Of a stretch of DNA of 64,000 nucleotides, positions 38,401 through 49,064 are shown piece after piece (the first letter of the stretch is position 1; the number at the start of each line of letters is the position of its first letter). The DNA is taken from positions 36,394,001-36,458,000 of the forward strand of contig CM060734.1 of NCBI GenBank assembly GCA_030704615.1, in the 5' to 3' direction. A model generated the notes under the pieces. It was not told the origin of the DNA and searched no databases. It worked only from the letters and a program-made list of their open reading frames with translations. Origin of the DNA: Takakia lepidozioides. Its lineage: Eukaryota; Plantae; Bryophyta. The translations under genes and the position numbers were made by a program.

Positions 38401-40176
38401 AGGTTTGATATGCTGTTTTGATTTCTTTCAGTGGTTACGTTGCATAGACTCCCTCTGGACCTCCTGTAGACAAAATATTTCTTTCTGTGTTCTTTCTTTC
38501 TCTCTCCCCTTTTCTTTCAAACCCTTTCCTGTCCTTATCGTCGTTACCAACACCATCTAAATGACTACAGGATGTAATCACTGCAAGGGACATACTGCCA
38601 AACACGAAGTCAGTCAGTAACACAAGGAGAGGAAAACCTGCAAGACTGTGCAAGACCTGGACACAATATTGTGCCTTCTCTGCTGCCAAAAGCTTCCTGA
38701 ACTCATCTGAAAGCAGAGCAAATGCCCCCCGTCCCACAAACCGCCGTGCTGCATACCCCGCTGTATTCAGCTTCTGCAATATGGTCACGAAGAAGTCGAG
38801 CTGACCTTGTGCCAAAAGCAAGCTTAACCCAGCATCCACTTGATCCAAATCAATTGCCAGAGTAAATATTGTAGTGTTGATGCCCGCATCTGCCAGCATC
38901 TGAGAGCAGTAGGGCTTGTCTTCAGTTGCAGCAGTACCAGGAAATTAAAAGTCAGTGTAACTACATAGGTCTTAGCAACAAGATGCACATTACATAGCAT
39001 AACATACCCAGATAAGTTGAGGTGCCTGCACACAGCTGTACTCTGCATAAATGAAGCCATATCTACTGAGGCTGAGTGAATCTCATGGCGGCATGATGGC
39101 AAACTCAAAGTTTGCCTGCTAATTTGACATGTTTCCTCTACCTCAAGAGTTTCCTGGCATAATTTGCTGCCAGAGTAGCATTATTCCAGAGAAGAGTTCC
39201 GGTCCTGCTGATTTATGCAGAGGGGCTAATATCAAACTAACCCATCTTCAAACAAACTTGTTGGATAGAAGGATGGACCAATACTTCCTAACAAATTCAG
39301 AAGCACCAGCACGGCAACTTCACATATTGTCCGTTCTCCAGATGCCACTGATTGGGCGCCCAGTCGAGAACCCACATTACCCCTTTTGAACCACAGCGTA
39401 CCAAAATCTCAGGGTTTTCCGAGAACCTGAAGTTCATTTTTTGTATTTGCCAATGATCAAAATGGGTAAAGTATCAGAAGCGGGACCTGGAGAAATTCTG
39501 CGAATTCGTTCAACCGACCCTCACCCGCCAGCTGCCCAGCCAATCGTGTGAAGTACTTGAGTCTCCTCTTTCTATTTGATTTAAGCGATAACTTCAGATC
39601 TGAGAAACGCAAAGTCTGGAATTGCAGCAATGGTGTGTCGGAAGGGACTGACGGAGATTGTTCGGAATCCAACATTGCCACCGGTTCTGGGCTTGCTAAA
39701 GTGGGTTCGAGAGTGAAAGAATTGCGTTTACTAACTAGGAATTTACCACTTGTTGAAAATTCTGAGAACGCTTCTGATTGCACTGCTGTTGTGTTTGGAC
39801 TAAGGCCATGTTCCGGGTGGAGTAAAGACCCGATGCGTGTAGCACTGGACTTCGCCTTCCTCATACGAGAGATAATTGGTGAAGCAATTGGTGACTCCAC
39901 AGTTTTTGTGTTCACGATAGAGTAAGAGTCCATAAGAAAGGTGACCGGCCTGAAGAGAAGAGTGAAGGATTCGGAGGCATGGAGGACTTGGGTTCTCAAT
40001 AAAGGAACGGTACCAATAATGTGAGGTGTTACTAGGAGAACATCGCCAGGGATTCGAGGTCTCAATGGAGAAGAACTGGGTAACTGCATACTGGAAGGAA
40101 AACACGTACATGCACCCGGGACCCCAATCTGCCCCGGAGAATACCCATGTCTCAGCCCTGACAGCGCCATAGCCAT
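29402..40176 (-). CDS. Plastid-targeted P-class PPR protein with C-terminal SMR domain (At5g02830-like)
   Basis: Phase-compatible GT-AG exons 39487-40176, 38638-38899, 37966-38053, 32265-32469, 31911-32018, 31515-31670, 29815-31224 and 29402-29755 (last intron predicted). PPR motifs PNVVTWTSVIGACANAG; SMR motif IIDLHGLSKGEAR...LVIITGVG; Ser/Pro-rich N-terminus. Confidence 0.9.
32597..33255 (-). mobile_element. 3' fragment of a non-LTR retrotransposon with a restriction-like endonuclease (RLE)
   Basis: Minus frame LPSWLLPC...FPDILLFKG...IHILEFTHC...KREKYAPLIPALRSRGW...VITTGVRGGIH matches the PD..E...KY..G.RG pattern of RLE elements. One in-frame stop. Ends next to a (TC)n tract on its own strand. 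Confidence 0.75.
33825..37005 (+). mobile_element. Head-to-tail array of about 8 truncated copies of one non-LTR retrotransposon 3' end, separated by (TC)n
   Basis: Repeated RLKFKLRAGSLPL...CPLC...EDxIHFLIHCP (CCHC) ...GVNGHKATAN.VL* followed by GTACATTCTCTCT. Units at about 33863-34450, 34461-34940, 34946-35182, 35207-35987, 36003-36055, 36068-36087, 36095-36382 and 36430-37005 (last one 3'-truncated). Confidence 0.92.
37006..37650 (+). mobile_element. Degenerate LINE 3' fragment of a second family (RTE-like zinc-binding end)
   Basis: Reads ...KEIETEEHVFFRCLLYYEIRGHF..YCLFRD at about 37510-37600; many lesions. Confidence 0.65.
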
Positions 40177-40769
40177 GGCTGGTCTGGCAGCAGTCTATCT
40201 CACTTGAAGCGGGGAGAGAGAGGCTTTCTGGAGTCAGTGATTTTCAAATACACTAGCAACAAAATGGAAGCTCAAATGTGGTTGCAGAGACATCTGGAAG
40301 ATGAGAACACATACTACCGACGCAGAGGTAATATGAGTGACCTGTAAACGAAACAGCAGACTAGCACGACCACCCCATACGCACCGCCTACCAACTTCTC
40401 AAAGCAAGAAACGAAACCATCTTGCATTAACAAAACTTCCAGGCCTCGATCGTTGTACTCGGAGAAACATTTTGTGAAGTCCAGACTCCAGACGCATCAG
40501 GAAAACCAGAGCTGGAGTAATCAACCACAGTGCCTGCAAAGTTGAATGCGTAATCTGGTTCTCCAAGAGTCCTGATGACTGCAAGCTAAGCTTCATGCAT
40601 TTGGCGACGTGAGCTGGGGCCTTTCAACTCTTGATGGAGGGCACCTGACTTTCGAACAAGCGGATGGACAGCAACAGGGATGATATCCAGAGGATAATTT
40701 GCACCCTTTTTTGTTCTTTTATTTTCTCAAATTTGTTCTCTTCAGTCAAATGTGTCATCTATGGCTGGC

Positions 40770-40842
40770 CCTGAAAGGGGGGTTAATTTTTCCCTCTCCT
40801 CAAGGGCTAAATTGTGAGCAGTCGGTCCGGGTTTCCTTTCTA
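40770..40842 (+). mobile_element. 3' fragment of SINE family A
   Basis: AAAGGGGGGTTAATTTTTCCCTCTCCTCAAGGGCTAAATTGTG...GGGTTTCCT matches the reverse complement of 14478-14542. Confidence 0.6.
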
Positions 40843-40916
40843 ATATTTATTGGCTCTCTTGTAGAGAGAGACTTTGTAACATGTTCAAGTCAATGGAGAA
40901 AATGTAGTGAAAGGAC

Positions 40917-41784
40917 CAGTGTTGTGCGGGTTCTGCCTTTTAAAGGAACCCGTCGGGTCCGGGTGTGGGTTTTTTTTCGGAGCCAGGTCCGGGTGTGGGT
41001 TTTTTTTCGGAGCCAAGTCCGGGTCCGGATCCGGGTTTTTGAAATTTGGAAAATCCGGGTCCGGGTTCGGGTCTGGGTTGGTGTACACGGACTCGGGTTA
41101 GGGTCCGGGTAGTTGTTGGGAAATATTAGCGGGTTCACGAGTTCGGATCCGGGTCCTAATTTATTGATTAAATAAATTAGAAAATTAAGATTAATTAGGG
41201 ATAAATTTATTTTTGGCTGGAAAAAACTTTAAATCCTAATAATGAATTGTTTGAGTTCCATTTTCTATTTTTCAATATCAATTCTTTAAAACATGTTAAG
41301 AATAGTAATATGCCTCAAGGGTAGATCAACTATAGCATGGGCGTGTGGGATCTGGCATAATAATAATATACGACGTCTCCTTTGGGAGGTGTAAATTATG
41401 GTCCCGGAGGGCACAACTTTGTGACACCACTCCGGGGATTGAACCCACAACCGCTTTTGAGGTGGTATGTGGGCATTACCACTGGGCTACAACGTGGTGG
41501 GGCTGGCTGCTGCGGATTGCTGCTCGTCCCCACACATATAACAAAACTCCAAATCTAAGGTGGACCCCGCATGCCCCATCTAAACCCTGACCCGCCTCAT
41601 TGGCCCACGGGAAGCGGGTTTAACGGGTTCTGGACCCAGCAGGCAGGTCCGGGTCGGGTTCTGGGTTCATTTTAGAAATGAATCCGGGTTAGGGTCCGGG
41701 TTTTTTGTGATAGCACGGATCCGGGTAACCCGGATCCTAACCCGCCGGGTATCCGCCTTCAAAACCCGGACCCGCACAACACTG
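40917..41784. mobile_element. Non-autonomous hAT element
   Basis: TIR CAGTGTTGTGCGGGT / ACCCGCACAACACTG. 8-bp TSD GAAAGGAC (40909-40916) versus TAAAGGAC (41785-41792). Many CCGGGT/ACCCGG subterminal repeats. Confidence 0.92.
41357..41497 (-). mobile_element. tRNA-derived SINE (family B) nested in the hAT element
   Basis: Minus strand has A-box TAGCCCAGTGG, B-box GGTTCAATCCC and an (ATT)n tail. Homologous to 44346-44501. Confidence 0.8.
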
Positions 41785-42229
41785 TAAAGGACCTTACACC
41801 GTGCCAAGGCTCCGGTTGATGTGTTGTGCTCAGTCATCCCCCTTACTCTCACCTTCCTCTTATGTTTTGCCAAAGCAAGAGAGCCCATCGCCTTTATAGG
41901 CTTGTTAAAAAACACAATCATAAAATTTCGCCTTTGGTTTGTGATTTTTGGGTTAACAGGGTTGGAGCCCTGATTAATTATTTTATATAAAAGTAAAAAT
42001 GTTTCACTCCTTTGAATTATTAATAATATATTTCATGGAGATTTGAATGTTGAAAATTGAATTAATAAATATATATCTATGCGACTAAGGCCTTGCATTA
42101 CTTCACATTACCATGTCAAACTATTAATTGGCTGTCATGGGTGTTTTAGAAACGCTATAAATGTTCGAATTTATTGTAAAGTCTCTAGTGTGGAATCTGT
42201 TTTTATTTATTTATTTAAATAATAAATAA

Positions 42230-43545
42230 AATTTTAAGAACAGGGGATCGTAGCCCTGAGAATTTTATTAATGAGGGGTAAGGAAAAATAACCTTACAAT
42301 GACCATAAGGCTGAAAAGTGAGGTACCACTCCGATCTCTTTTGATGTGATCAGATATACCGTAGTGGAAAGGCAGATTAGGCACAAATTAAATTTTACAA
42401 AAAAGTGCCTAAGCAAATCTGTCATTTTTCAATATTTATGCCTGAAAGGCTGGAAAAATAACATGAAAGTGCCTAATTGAATAATAATAATAATAATCTC
42501 CATAAATATTCAAAAAATATAGGCCAACTACCTAGGTCGACCACACAACCTCCATAGGACCTTCCAATGAGTTCCAAACATCTTGCAAATGTTCACCATT
42601 GAATTCTTGATCGCCATTCAAGTTAGGTGTATCTAAGTCTTGAATGTGCATTGAAAACTATGAGCAAGAGTAGGTGTGCACTCATTACCTTGTGTGGTGT
42701 GTGTGTTTGGGCCAAGGTTTAGTCTGTGGGCTAAAAGTTGCGCCTGACCTTGGCTTGGCCCAGGCTGAGTTCCTCCATTGTTAGCCATCTCCACATCTGC
42801 GTCCATACTGTGTACTGTGCTATCTGACGCCATCTCCATTACCAAAGAGAAAGCACTTTTGCGAAGGGCACTAGGGTTTGTCTTGGGAAAGCCGAAGGAG
42901 GGGATGAAAAGAAGAAAGCAGAGGGAAGGGATGAAAAGAGAGAGTTCCTTAAGATGAAATGTGGCCTAACATGAGAAACATGGATGACATGTGCTTAATG
43001 TATATAAATTCTTTTTGAAAGTGCCTAAAGAGAATATTCCAGATTTAATAATTATTAGGCACTCAAGTGCCTAATCTGCCCTCCACTAGGGTATTGCGAA
43101 TGTTCAGGGTTGTCTCCAAATGAACAGTAAGCCCCACAAGTTTGTGTGGGCTGTCAGGATTAGAGGATGATTCAAGAATTAGAAAAGGAGGGAATGGAAC
43201 GGGCAAAAGGGGCTTTGGGCGAGGAAAGGGGTCGCAAAAAAATAGGAAGGAAACTGTAAGCAAGATTCAATTAAGGATGGGTGGTGGGAACAGCCAATAG
43301 AGAAGGAGATCCGGGGTATGTTTGAGGGATGTGTGCAGGGCCAAGGTTCAAGAACCATCTGGCAGCGTCTCCCCGTGCAGTGCAGCGTGAAGGCTAATGC
43401 CATATAGAGAGGGGGTGAGCCCGCGTGGGCGGGCTTCCAAAACCATCTGCGGCAGCCTCAACCCACAAGCTCGAGTATGTATAGCAGTGGCGGGTGCAGA
43501 TGGTGCAGGTCTCACACCTTGAAGCCCAAGGTGCCTTGGTGAATT
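42230..43545 (-). mobile_element. LINE 3' remnant interrupted by a TA-TSD MITE
   Basis: Terminus AATAAAATTCT-CAGGGCTACGATCCCCTG-TTCTT-A(n) at 42230-42272 (minus). The body appears to continue beyond the MITE; its 5' boundary is approximate. Confidence 0.5.
42359..43091. mobile_element. Tc1/mariner(pogo)-type MITE
   Basis: TIR CCGTAGTGGAAAGGCAGATTAGGCAC versus reverse complement CCCTAGTGGAGGGCAGATTAGGCAC. TA on both flanks. Internal GTGCCTAA repeats. Confidence 0.8.
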
Positions 43546-44345
43546 CCTAAGGGAGTTCCGAGGGCCCTCTAAAAATTAAATTTGGAGGATAAACCATTAG
43601 GCTACTAAGGTCACATCTGAGAGAAATATCCAGCAATACATGGGTCATATGCATCATGTCTTTACTCATGAATGAAAAGTATAAGAAGTGGCTCATTACT
43701 TGCTCTCTTTCTCCTGGGCCTTCTCCTTTCTCCAAATTATGAATCTATGACAACTAATAGACCTATGATCATCTATGATAAACATGAAGACAAAAAGACA
43801 TGAAAAATCATAACAGAAGAGGCGTGGTCAATCCTCCATACTCATATTACACATATGAGAGTCCTGGAAGTGTTGCGAGTCACATTTCAAAACCGGGGTA
43901 TTTGAAGAATGCAAGTCTATCAAGTGGTGGGAACTTGGAACCACCAGATGGACTCCACTAGAATGGGTTTACATGGAAATGATAAGCATCTACATGGAAG
44001 ACCACATTTTCCCTGTGCCTGACAATATAAAAAATGGAGCGCCCTTACACACGCAGTACCAACCACCCTCCAACCATGCAGAGGTACCCTTTTGTCTGGT
44101 TTGCAACGAGAAGAATGTAACTTTGAAGAAGAGTCAAGTATCTCATGAACATGGGCCCTGGCTGTTTATTGCATTTCATTCTGTCTTTAAGAATTTTGTA
44201 CAGAAAGAGAAGAAACCCGTACTTTACATGCACTTTATGTAAAATCTTTGAACTTCAACCATAGGCTGTCAAATTGCCATCATGCTTGCCCTTCAAACAA
44301 AAAGGATGGTGATGGACCCGACCGGGCTCTGAGTAAAACAAAGGT

Positions 44346-44501
44346 GACAACCAAGTTGTAGCGTGGTAATGGGCACATACCAAGAAGTGGTTGTGGGTTC
44401 AACCCACCGATTGGTGTCACAAAGTGTCCACCTTCCTAGCAGAAGGCAGTCGGAGTGAAGAGACACCATACTTTGCGCTTCCTTCGGGAGGCGTCAAATA
44501 T
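44346..44501 (+). mobile_element. tRNA-derived SINE (family B), complete with TSD
   Basis: Degenerate A-box (TAGCGTGG) and B-box GGTTCAACCC. Perfect 12-bp TSD TAAAACAAAGGT at 44334-44345 and 44502-44513. Confidence 0.85.
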
Positions 44502-44572
44502 TAAAACAAAGGTATAATTGGGAAAATAAATTCATTCCATAATTTCCAACCACATAATCCCCCTCATGCGCA

Positions 44573-44608
44573 CCAAAGGAACAAAGGAACAAAGGAACAA
44601 AGGAACAA
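44573..44608 (+). repeat. Tandem 8-mer (CAAAGGAA) x4
   Basis: Direct reading of the sequence. Confidence 0.85.
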
Positions 44609-44899
44609 AATGTCCATTTTGTATAAAGATGACCTAAAGAACCAAAAATTTACATTTCCAAAGATTTGTTATGAAAACCACACACAATCCCAGAACAATA
44701 AAAATCTCAGAGAATGACTTCTAGACCACCATCCAGACAAATTTACCCCATCTCCCCCTGCCAGAGTATCCAAGGATGGAACACGCAGAGAAAATAGATG
44801 ACACTAGTTGGTAAAAGTATCTAGATCAGCTGTGCTCATAATTCCACATCCCGTAGTAATTGTTACTACCCACACAAACCCACACAAACAGCATAGAGA

Positions 44900-45745
44900 T
44901 TGCACTTACTAAACTCCAGTAAACCATCTACTGACCCCCATGTTGTCTCTTTCAATGTTATGTCAGTCATCGGTAATGAACATAGATATATTTGAGAAAG
45001 CACTCAAGTTTTACGGCAATTTCCCTGAAGATGTAGACATTGAATCTTCTACACCTCTGAGGTATGCCCAGATCTCTCTTGGCCAGGTGAAATGGGGCAA
45101 AACCAGATTGCTATTACCTGGTCATCCCCTTGGATATTGGCCAGTCCATTACTTCTATAAGGGTCCAAGCCAAGGGCATGTCTCCTTGGTGCTGCGGTAA
45201 ATCTGAGAAATAAGAAGCAGGAATGTAACATGATAAGAGCGCAACAAGCTCATTGTGACGAAATCAGAAATAAAAAAAAAGGTCCAACAGACAGAAGCAG
45301 GATAAGAGGGAGAAACAAGACAAAGAACGGAAGAGAATCACATGGCAATGCCATCTAACATGCATTCTGACCTCCCCTAAGCCGACAAATGTACCATAGA
45401 ACAGAGCCCAAGTTGCAAGCCTCACAAATAATACCCAGATGTTCCATCCAGGAGCAAGCAATGCAAGACCAATTGCAAGTGGAAGAGAGGTTAACTCCTC
45501 ATACACCCACTCTGCAATGTAGGACATTGGTTGTAAGCCTACCATGTACACTTCTCACTGATCCCCATGTCCATGGAACCCAGATTGACCTTGAGAGAAT
45601 ATGTTGTAGTCCAAGACAGTCACAGGCTGCTGGCGTTTAAAATGCCTAGTAGTAACACACCAAGCCAATCAGCATTCCATAATATGCTTTTATGCCTCTA
45701 CCCTCAATCAGACCAGAGCCCAGAAGGGGGGCCAAAACCCAAGTT
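44900..45745 (-). pseudogene. Possible decayed membrane-protein gene, family unrecognised
   Basis: Hydrophobic stretch IAEWVYEELTSLPLAIGLALLAPGWNIWVLFVRLATWALFYGTFVGLGE ending at a GAG|GTCAGA donor, with a TTCTCAG acceptor at about 45203. Flanking frames contain stops. Confidence 0.3.
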
Positions 45746-47314
45746 TGTGATTTGAGGCACAAAAATAGATTAACTATAGATGTAAACTTATTTTAAGTTA
45801 AGAAAATCAATTAATGATAAAGCATAAGCAGTTGAGATCAGGAAGTAATGCAACTGTGTCAGAAGTGAAATCAAGATCTGTTCCACATTGCTGACTATGG
45901 TGTACCTTTCAGTCTTTTAGGGAGTGTACCCTCCACGCCATAGTCACGAGGTTCAGCCGACAGCTTGATTTATGGGCTGGCATTGACAAAGCCCATAATT
46001 CATGTGCCCTCCTCTATATTGAGAACATGTAACACGGCTGTGGTTGCACTGCAACTCCCGCAGAGTAAATGGCAGGTAAAAGAGATGGAGAGAGACCCAG
46101 GTATGTCACTCATGGAGGCTTCAAAACTTGAAACAGCACCCATAGCAAAGACTTGCTAGAGGAACTGGACAAGGGAGTTGCTTATTGCATGACAAACCCA
46201 AACTCGAAATCCAGATCAAATAGTATAAGACAAACCTACCCAGATCTACACACAGAGTGAAGGAAGTGTCCCAGGTTATAAGATCCACATGGACAAGCTG
46301 AATTGAACAAGCCATCGAGCTCCACATCTACCTTCACACATCCTCCAATCCCCTCACCCCTACAACATGATCAAATATACCTCGTCCCTGTACCAAGGTC
46401 ACAACAATCCAGCCTGTTGGTCTGCTGAGTACACTCAAAATGACCGACTTCAGGTCCCACCTGGAGATGCCATTGCATTTGAAAAACTAGATCTTAAATG
46501 GTGAGTCAAGCCCCTTAGGCATCAGCAACTTTATTCTCAGTCATCCAACCCATGTCCCCCCAGCGCTCCACCAGATCCTCCTTTATCCTCATCCATCAAT
46601 CACCTTGCCACTTAATCTACCTACCTTCATGCTTGCTACACCGTAAGGACCTGGCTGGCTGATGGAAACTTCATCTATATCAGATCTGTGCAACCCTATC
46701 CATATAAGCCACCACAATGAAGACAAATACTAAGACCACCTGTAACAAAAATCTGTGCAAGAATGGCTTGACTCAAACAAAGAAGAAATTGGAATCAACG
46801 TTCAGGAAGCTGCCTATCTTAAGATCCTTGAACTCTGAATGGAGGAGCTGAGTTTCGTCGATGTCTGTTCTTGAGACGATTTGGGGGGTGGAGGAAATGC
46901 ATTATAAACCCAATGCTTGAGATCAAAGAGCTGGGGTACCAAATGGAAAGAAGGGGATGATATGAATCTGGCACGAGAAGCACAAAAACCCCATGTAAAT
47001 GGATTAAATTTCTAGAAAGATCATTGAGAAGGCTTAGTATCTGATAGGAACCAGACAGTGAGCCAAAATGAAACAGACCGCATCAACGGATCTAAACCTG
47101 CCATATCCACCAACTTACCAAGGAATGTTTACCAAGGGAGCTGACTGCTCTAGCTCTGATCTATGAGATCCTCAATGACCAGCAGCTGCTAAGAAGGAAT
47201 AGCACCAAGGGTTCCTCAAACTACAGACCCAGAAACAAGAACCCGTTGACGACCAAAAATGACAGTGACACATTAGGATCAAAACTGATAGGAGACCAGA
47301 TCACGCCCACCTCC

Positions 47315-48517
47315 TTACTCCAGCTTCTTGGGCTCTTCTACAGCAACACCTCCAGTGGTTGGCAACCCAACGAAGACCTTGAAGGCGTCGTAGATACCCC
47401 ATTGTGCACCCGTTAAAGTTCCAATCATAATGATTCGGAGAGGAAGCCCGCGGGTAAAGAGGGCCTTCATACCAATCTTGTTCAAAGCCTCAGATATTGT
47501 TGCTCCCTTGGCATTGTTCAAGTAGGAAACCAGGTTGTCAGCCGGGTGAGATATGATTGCACACGCGATGCCGGCAATGTACCCTGCTGAAAAGCTCACC
47601 CCAAGTTGAGTCAAAGTCGAGCACTCACTCTTGGGGACAGGCACAACATACTTGTATAAAGCCTCAACAGTGCTCTCGAAGGTAGCGAATTTCATCATCG
47701 TGTAAGGAATCTGACGGCCCCAAAGAGGAATCAGGCCCTTGTAGAGTCCGGCAACTCCGTCAGAAGCCACCAGCTTTGGTAAACCATCGCTTAACCCCTT
47801 CGCATATCCAGGGTTGGTTTGCACTCGCACCTTGACAGCCTCAAACGGGCACAATGCAACATCGGCAATGATCTCCGCAGAGGCAGAACCTGCCAAATAG
47901 ATAAAAGTCTTGTACTTCTTAGCATTCTCAGGACCCACCAAATCCGAGTAAGTCTTCTTAAAGTACTCGTAGAACCCGTATTTGCAAGCACCTTGTGCAC
48001 TGTATCCAAGCAGGGTAGGAACCCATCCCCTGAAAAGACCGACGGTCCCTTGCTCTTTCACCAGCAAAGAAAACCCACCAGAGATGCTCTTGTACTTGTC
48101 AGGCGCGATCTGCATGTTACACTTTACGACATCGATGGGTGTAACACCCATGTGTGTTAGGCCACAGCAAAGCATACCGCCAAAAGCGCAGGCAGCATAA
48201 TACTCAGGTGTGAAAAGTTGGATCTTCCCAGACTCTTTAGCTGCCGGAATCATGAAACCAGGAGCACTTCCCACAGAGCCTACAGAGGCCACCGAGGCTG
48301 CCTTTGAAGGCACCAGCGAGGAAGATATCCTGCCATGGAGAGAAGCCGGTGAATGGATCCGAGCTGTGCCCGCCGCCTGCTGGGTGAGCGTGTTGAAGAG
48401 AGAAGGGAGGGATGCCGCCCCTCCGTGGGACGACCTCCGAGCCGCAGCAGCTGTGGACAACTTGTGATTGTACAGATAGTCTGGCAGCATCGTGTTCCTC
48501 CTCTCTGCAAGGTCCAT
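47315..48517 (-). CDS. MPT3: Mitochondrial phosphate carrier (PHT3/MPT family), single coding exon, 400 aa
   Basis: CCGLTHMGVTPIDVVKCNMQ, PTLLGYSAQGACKYGFYEYFKK, ALCPFEAVKVRVQT, WGRQIPYTMMKFA, SHPADN, RIIMIGTLTGAQWGIYDAFK. First in-frame ATG at 48517. Confidence 0.96.
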   Translation of the reverse strand: MDLAERRNTMLPDYLYNHKLSTAAAARRSSHGGAASLPSLFNTLTQQAAGTARIHSPASLHGRISSSLVPSKAASVASVGSVGSAPGFMIPAAKESGKIQLFTPEYYAACAFGGMLCCGLTHMGVTPIDVVKCNMQIAPDKYKSISGGFSLLVKEQGTVGLFRGWVPTLLGYSAQGACKYGFYEYFKKTYSDLVGPENAKKYKTFIYLAGSASAEIIADVALCPFEAVKVRVQTNPGYAKGLSDGLPKLVASDGVAGLYKGLIPLWGRQIPYTMMKFATFESTVEALYKYVVPVPKSECSTLTQLGVSFSAGYIAGIACAIISHPADNLVSYLNNAKGATISEALNKIGMKALFTRGLPLRIIMIGTLTGAQWGIYDAFKVFVGLPTTGGVAVEEPKKLE

Positions 48518-49012
48518 CGCTCCGACTAGCCGCACACTCCCCGATCACAGATCCAGCAATAAAAGGCAAGCACGAGAGTGCGAATCAAAGCTCTTCTTCG
48601 CTGCAAATCAGAAGCAGTTAGAAATGCTTGCGTGACTCCGAGAGACGACAGATCCAATGGCGGCCGGGTTGGTGTTTGTGGAGGGCGGAGAGAAAGAGAA
48701 CCATCTCCCCACTTCCCCGAGCTCCTGCCTTGCAAGCTCCTTGAAACCATCCTCCACCGTCCGCCGGCGTATCTTTGCCGGCAAGCCAGCCTCGTTCTAC
48801 CCCACGTCGGGATTTCCATATCCCTGCCCGCTTTTTCCTTTTTCTTTTCCCCCTCACCGGCACGTTGATCACCAATTACATTATTCCCTAAATTAATAAA
48901 GATAAATGAAGTCGACTCTAAAGACAAGTAGACCTTTTCCCTGTAAAAACAACAATTACTAGTAATAAAATTGGATCCCCGAATCAACGTGCCCCTTAAA
49001 CCCTTAAACCTC

Positions 49013-49064
49013 AAACCCTAACCAACGCCTGAAGATCAACGGTCAGAATCCGTTGATCCGTTAG
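49013..49064. promoter_or_regulatory. Telo-box plus clustered MSA-like (AACGG) elements upstream of the phosphate carrier
   Basis: AAACCCTAA at 49013-49021. Inverted pair GATCAACGG (49034-49042) / CCGTTGATC (49050-49058). A third CCGTT follows immediately. Confidence 0.45.

Noticed and set aside
40699-41138. ORFs with RVRVWV/PDPD repeats
   Set aside because: They are translations of hAT subterminal CCGGGT repeats.
41357-44501. tRNA genes at the A/B-box sites (also 14465-14646)
   Set aside because: No complete cloverleaf; each has a non-tRNA body and tail, and one has a clear TSD, so they are called SINEs.
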